From: Propionibacterium ruminifibrarum
GTDB lineage: Bacteria; Actinomycetota; Actinomycetes; Propionibacteriales; Propionibacteriaceae
Direction: 5' to 3'
Assembly: GCF_900289195.1 (NCBI RefSeq)
Contig: NZ_OMOH01000002.1
Coordinates: 1,206 to 33,205, forward strand
Length of the DNA stretch: 32,000 nt
Positions 30,741 to 32,000 of this stretch are shown in pieces. The position numbers and the translations under genes are program-made. Under the pieces are notes generated by a model. The model was given only the letters and a program-made list of their open reading frames with translations. It did no database searches and was not told where the DNA came from. Numbering within the stretch: position 1 is the stretch's first letter; every line of letters begins with the position of its first letter.

Positions 30741-32000
30741 TCACTCGATCATGTCCTGGCTCTTGAGTTCGGGCAGGAACAGGGCGGAGACGGCCGCGAT
30801 GACGAAGCTCACCGCGAAGACGGTGAAGACGAGGGCGTACCCGCCGCGCAGGATGAGCGGCACGACGAGCGGGGCGATGATACCGGCCACCCGCCCCACG
30901 GCAGAGGCCGCGCCGGTGCCCGCCCCGCGCAGGGCAGTCGGGTAGATCTCGGGTCCGATCGCGTACAACGCCCCCCACGCCCCCAGGTTGAAGAAGCTGA
31001 GCGCACAACCGGCGATCATGATGCCCGCCGCACCGGATTGCAGGCCGAACACCATTGCCGAGACCCCCGAGGCCAACAGGAAGCTCGCCAGCGTCGGACG
31101 CCTGCCCCAGCGCTCGATCAGCCAGGAGGCGACCGCATAGCCAGGAAGCTGGGCCAGGGTGATGACCAGCGTGTACCCCATGGAGTGCACCAGCGAGTGC
31201 CCCTGACGGTAGAGCAGGGTCGGCATCCAGGTGAAGGCACCGTAGTAACTCAGGTTGACGAAGAACCAGACCAGCCACAGGGCGGTCGTCGAACGGCGGT
31301 GCGCCGGGGCGAACAGGGAGCGGGTGCCCCTCCCCTTCGGCGACGCGCTCAGCGGCGTGGCGGAGACCGCCGTCGCCTCGTCGACCTCGGGTTCGACACC
31401 GGCCGATCGTTCGAAGACACGGACGGAGGCCTCCGCCTGCTCAAGACGCCCGGCCGACTCGAGGAAACGGACCGATTCGGGTAGGCCGTGCCGGACGACG
31501 AGTGCGTAGACGGTCGGGACGATGCCCACCAGCAGGGCCCACCGCCAGCCGGGCCACCCGCCAATGGTCCGGGGAACGAGGAAGTACCCGAGCAGGGCGG
31601 CGAGGATCCACCCCAGGGCCCAGAAGCTCTCCAGCCAGACGACCATGCGCCCTCTGATGCGTTGCGGTGCGAACTCGCTGACGAGCGTCGAGGCGACGGG
31701 CAGCTCGGCCCCCAACCCGAGGCCCACGATCAGCCGCAGGCAGATGAGCATGGCCACACCCGTGGAGAAGGCGGCCGCGCCAGTGGCGATGCCGTAGACG
31801 AGCAGTGTCAGGGCGAAGACGTTCCGTCGGCCCAGCCGGTCGGCGAGCAGGCCGCCGACCGATGCGCCGATCATCATGCCGACGAAACCGATCGAGCCGA
31901 TCCAGCTGAGCTGCCCGTTCGAGAGCCCCCACTGGGCCGCCAGTGCCGTCATGACGTAGCTGATGAGGCCAACGTCCATGGCATCGAGCGCCCAGCCGAC
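30741..32000 (-). CDS. MFS transporter (sugar-porter/metabolite:H+ symporter-like), with the 5' end outside the window
   Basis: 12-TM-type sequence with the MFS signature GGLLADRLGRRNVF and the PESVRFL motif. The frame stays open to the window edge upstream of MDVGLISYV. Confidence 0.85.
   Translation of the reverse strand, partial: VGWALDAMDVGLISYVMTALAAQWGLSNGQLSWIGSIGFVGMMIGASVGGLLADRLGRRNVFALTLLVYGIATGAAAFSTGVAMLICLRLIVGLGLGAELPVASTLVSEFAPQRIRGRMVVWLESFWALGWILAALLGYFLVPRTIGGWPGWRWALLVGIVPTVYALVVRHGLPESVRFLESAGRLEQAEASVRVFERSAGVEPEVDEATAVSATPLSASPKGRGTRSLFAPAHRRSTTALWLVWFFVNLSYYGAFTWMPTLLYRQGHSLVHSMGYTLVITLAQLPGYAVASWLIERWGRRPTLASFLLASGVSAMVFGLQSGAAGIMIAGCALSFFNLGAWGALYAIGPEIYPTALRGAGTGAASAVGRVAGIIAPLVVPLILRGGYALVFTVFAVSFVIAAVSALFLPELKSQDMIE

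Overview
High-GC (roughly 68-70%) actinobacterial chromosome segment. It is most likely Propionibacteriaceae, judging from the PPi-dependent phosphofructokinase, the Bacteroides/Propionibacterium-type fumarate reductase/succinate dehydrogenase and a B12 riboswitch. Most of the window is housekeeping. The recognisable genes are pfp, glxK, tRNA-Asn, dnaG, an FMN-riboswitch-controlled ribD-ribE-ribA-ribH operon, dgt, dus, a secondary alcohol dehydrogenase, a Na+/H+ antiporter, sdhCAB, an NrtR-like Nudix regulator, glyQS, a znuA-znuC-znuB-zur operon with a Zur-box-like operator, and a partial MFS transporter. Three stretches look eroded or accessory. (i) The left edge (1-1200) holds the end of a conjugative-element-type gene, a doubly damaged DUF4291 pseudogene and an orphan TadE/G-like gene. 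(ii) 3650-5700, next to tRNA-Asn, carries fragments of an enolase-superfamily dehydratase, a GntR regulator and a tartronate-semialdehyde-reductase-type gene around an intact glycerate kinase. (iii) 29.5-30.7 kb holds a compact cobalamin-riboswitch-like element whose only possible downstream target is a tyrosine-recombinase-like ORF with no catalytic tyrosine. I found no clear multi-gene novel system, CRISPR array or intact mobile element. The riboswitch/recombinase junction is the most unusual item. All calls come from reading the sequence and from remembered family motifs. Start codons are best guesses. The many long ORFs antisense to recognisable genes are treated as high-GC shadow ORFs.
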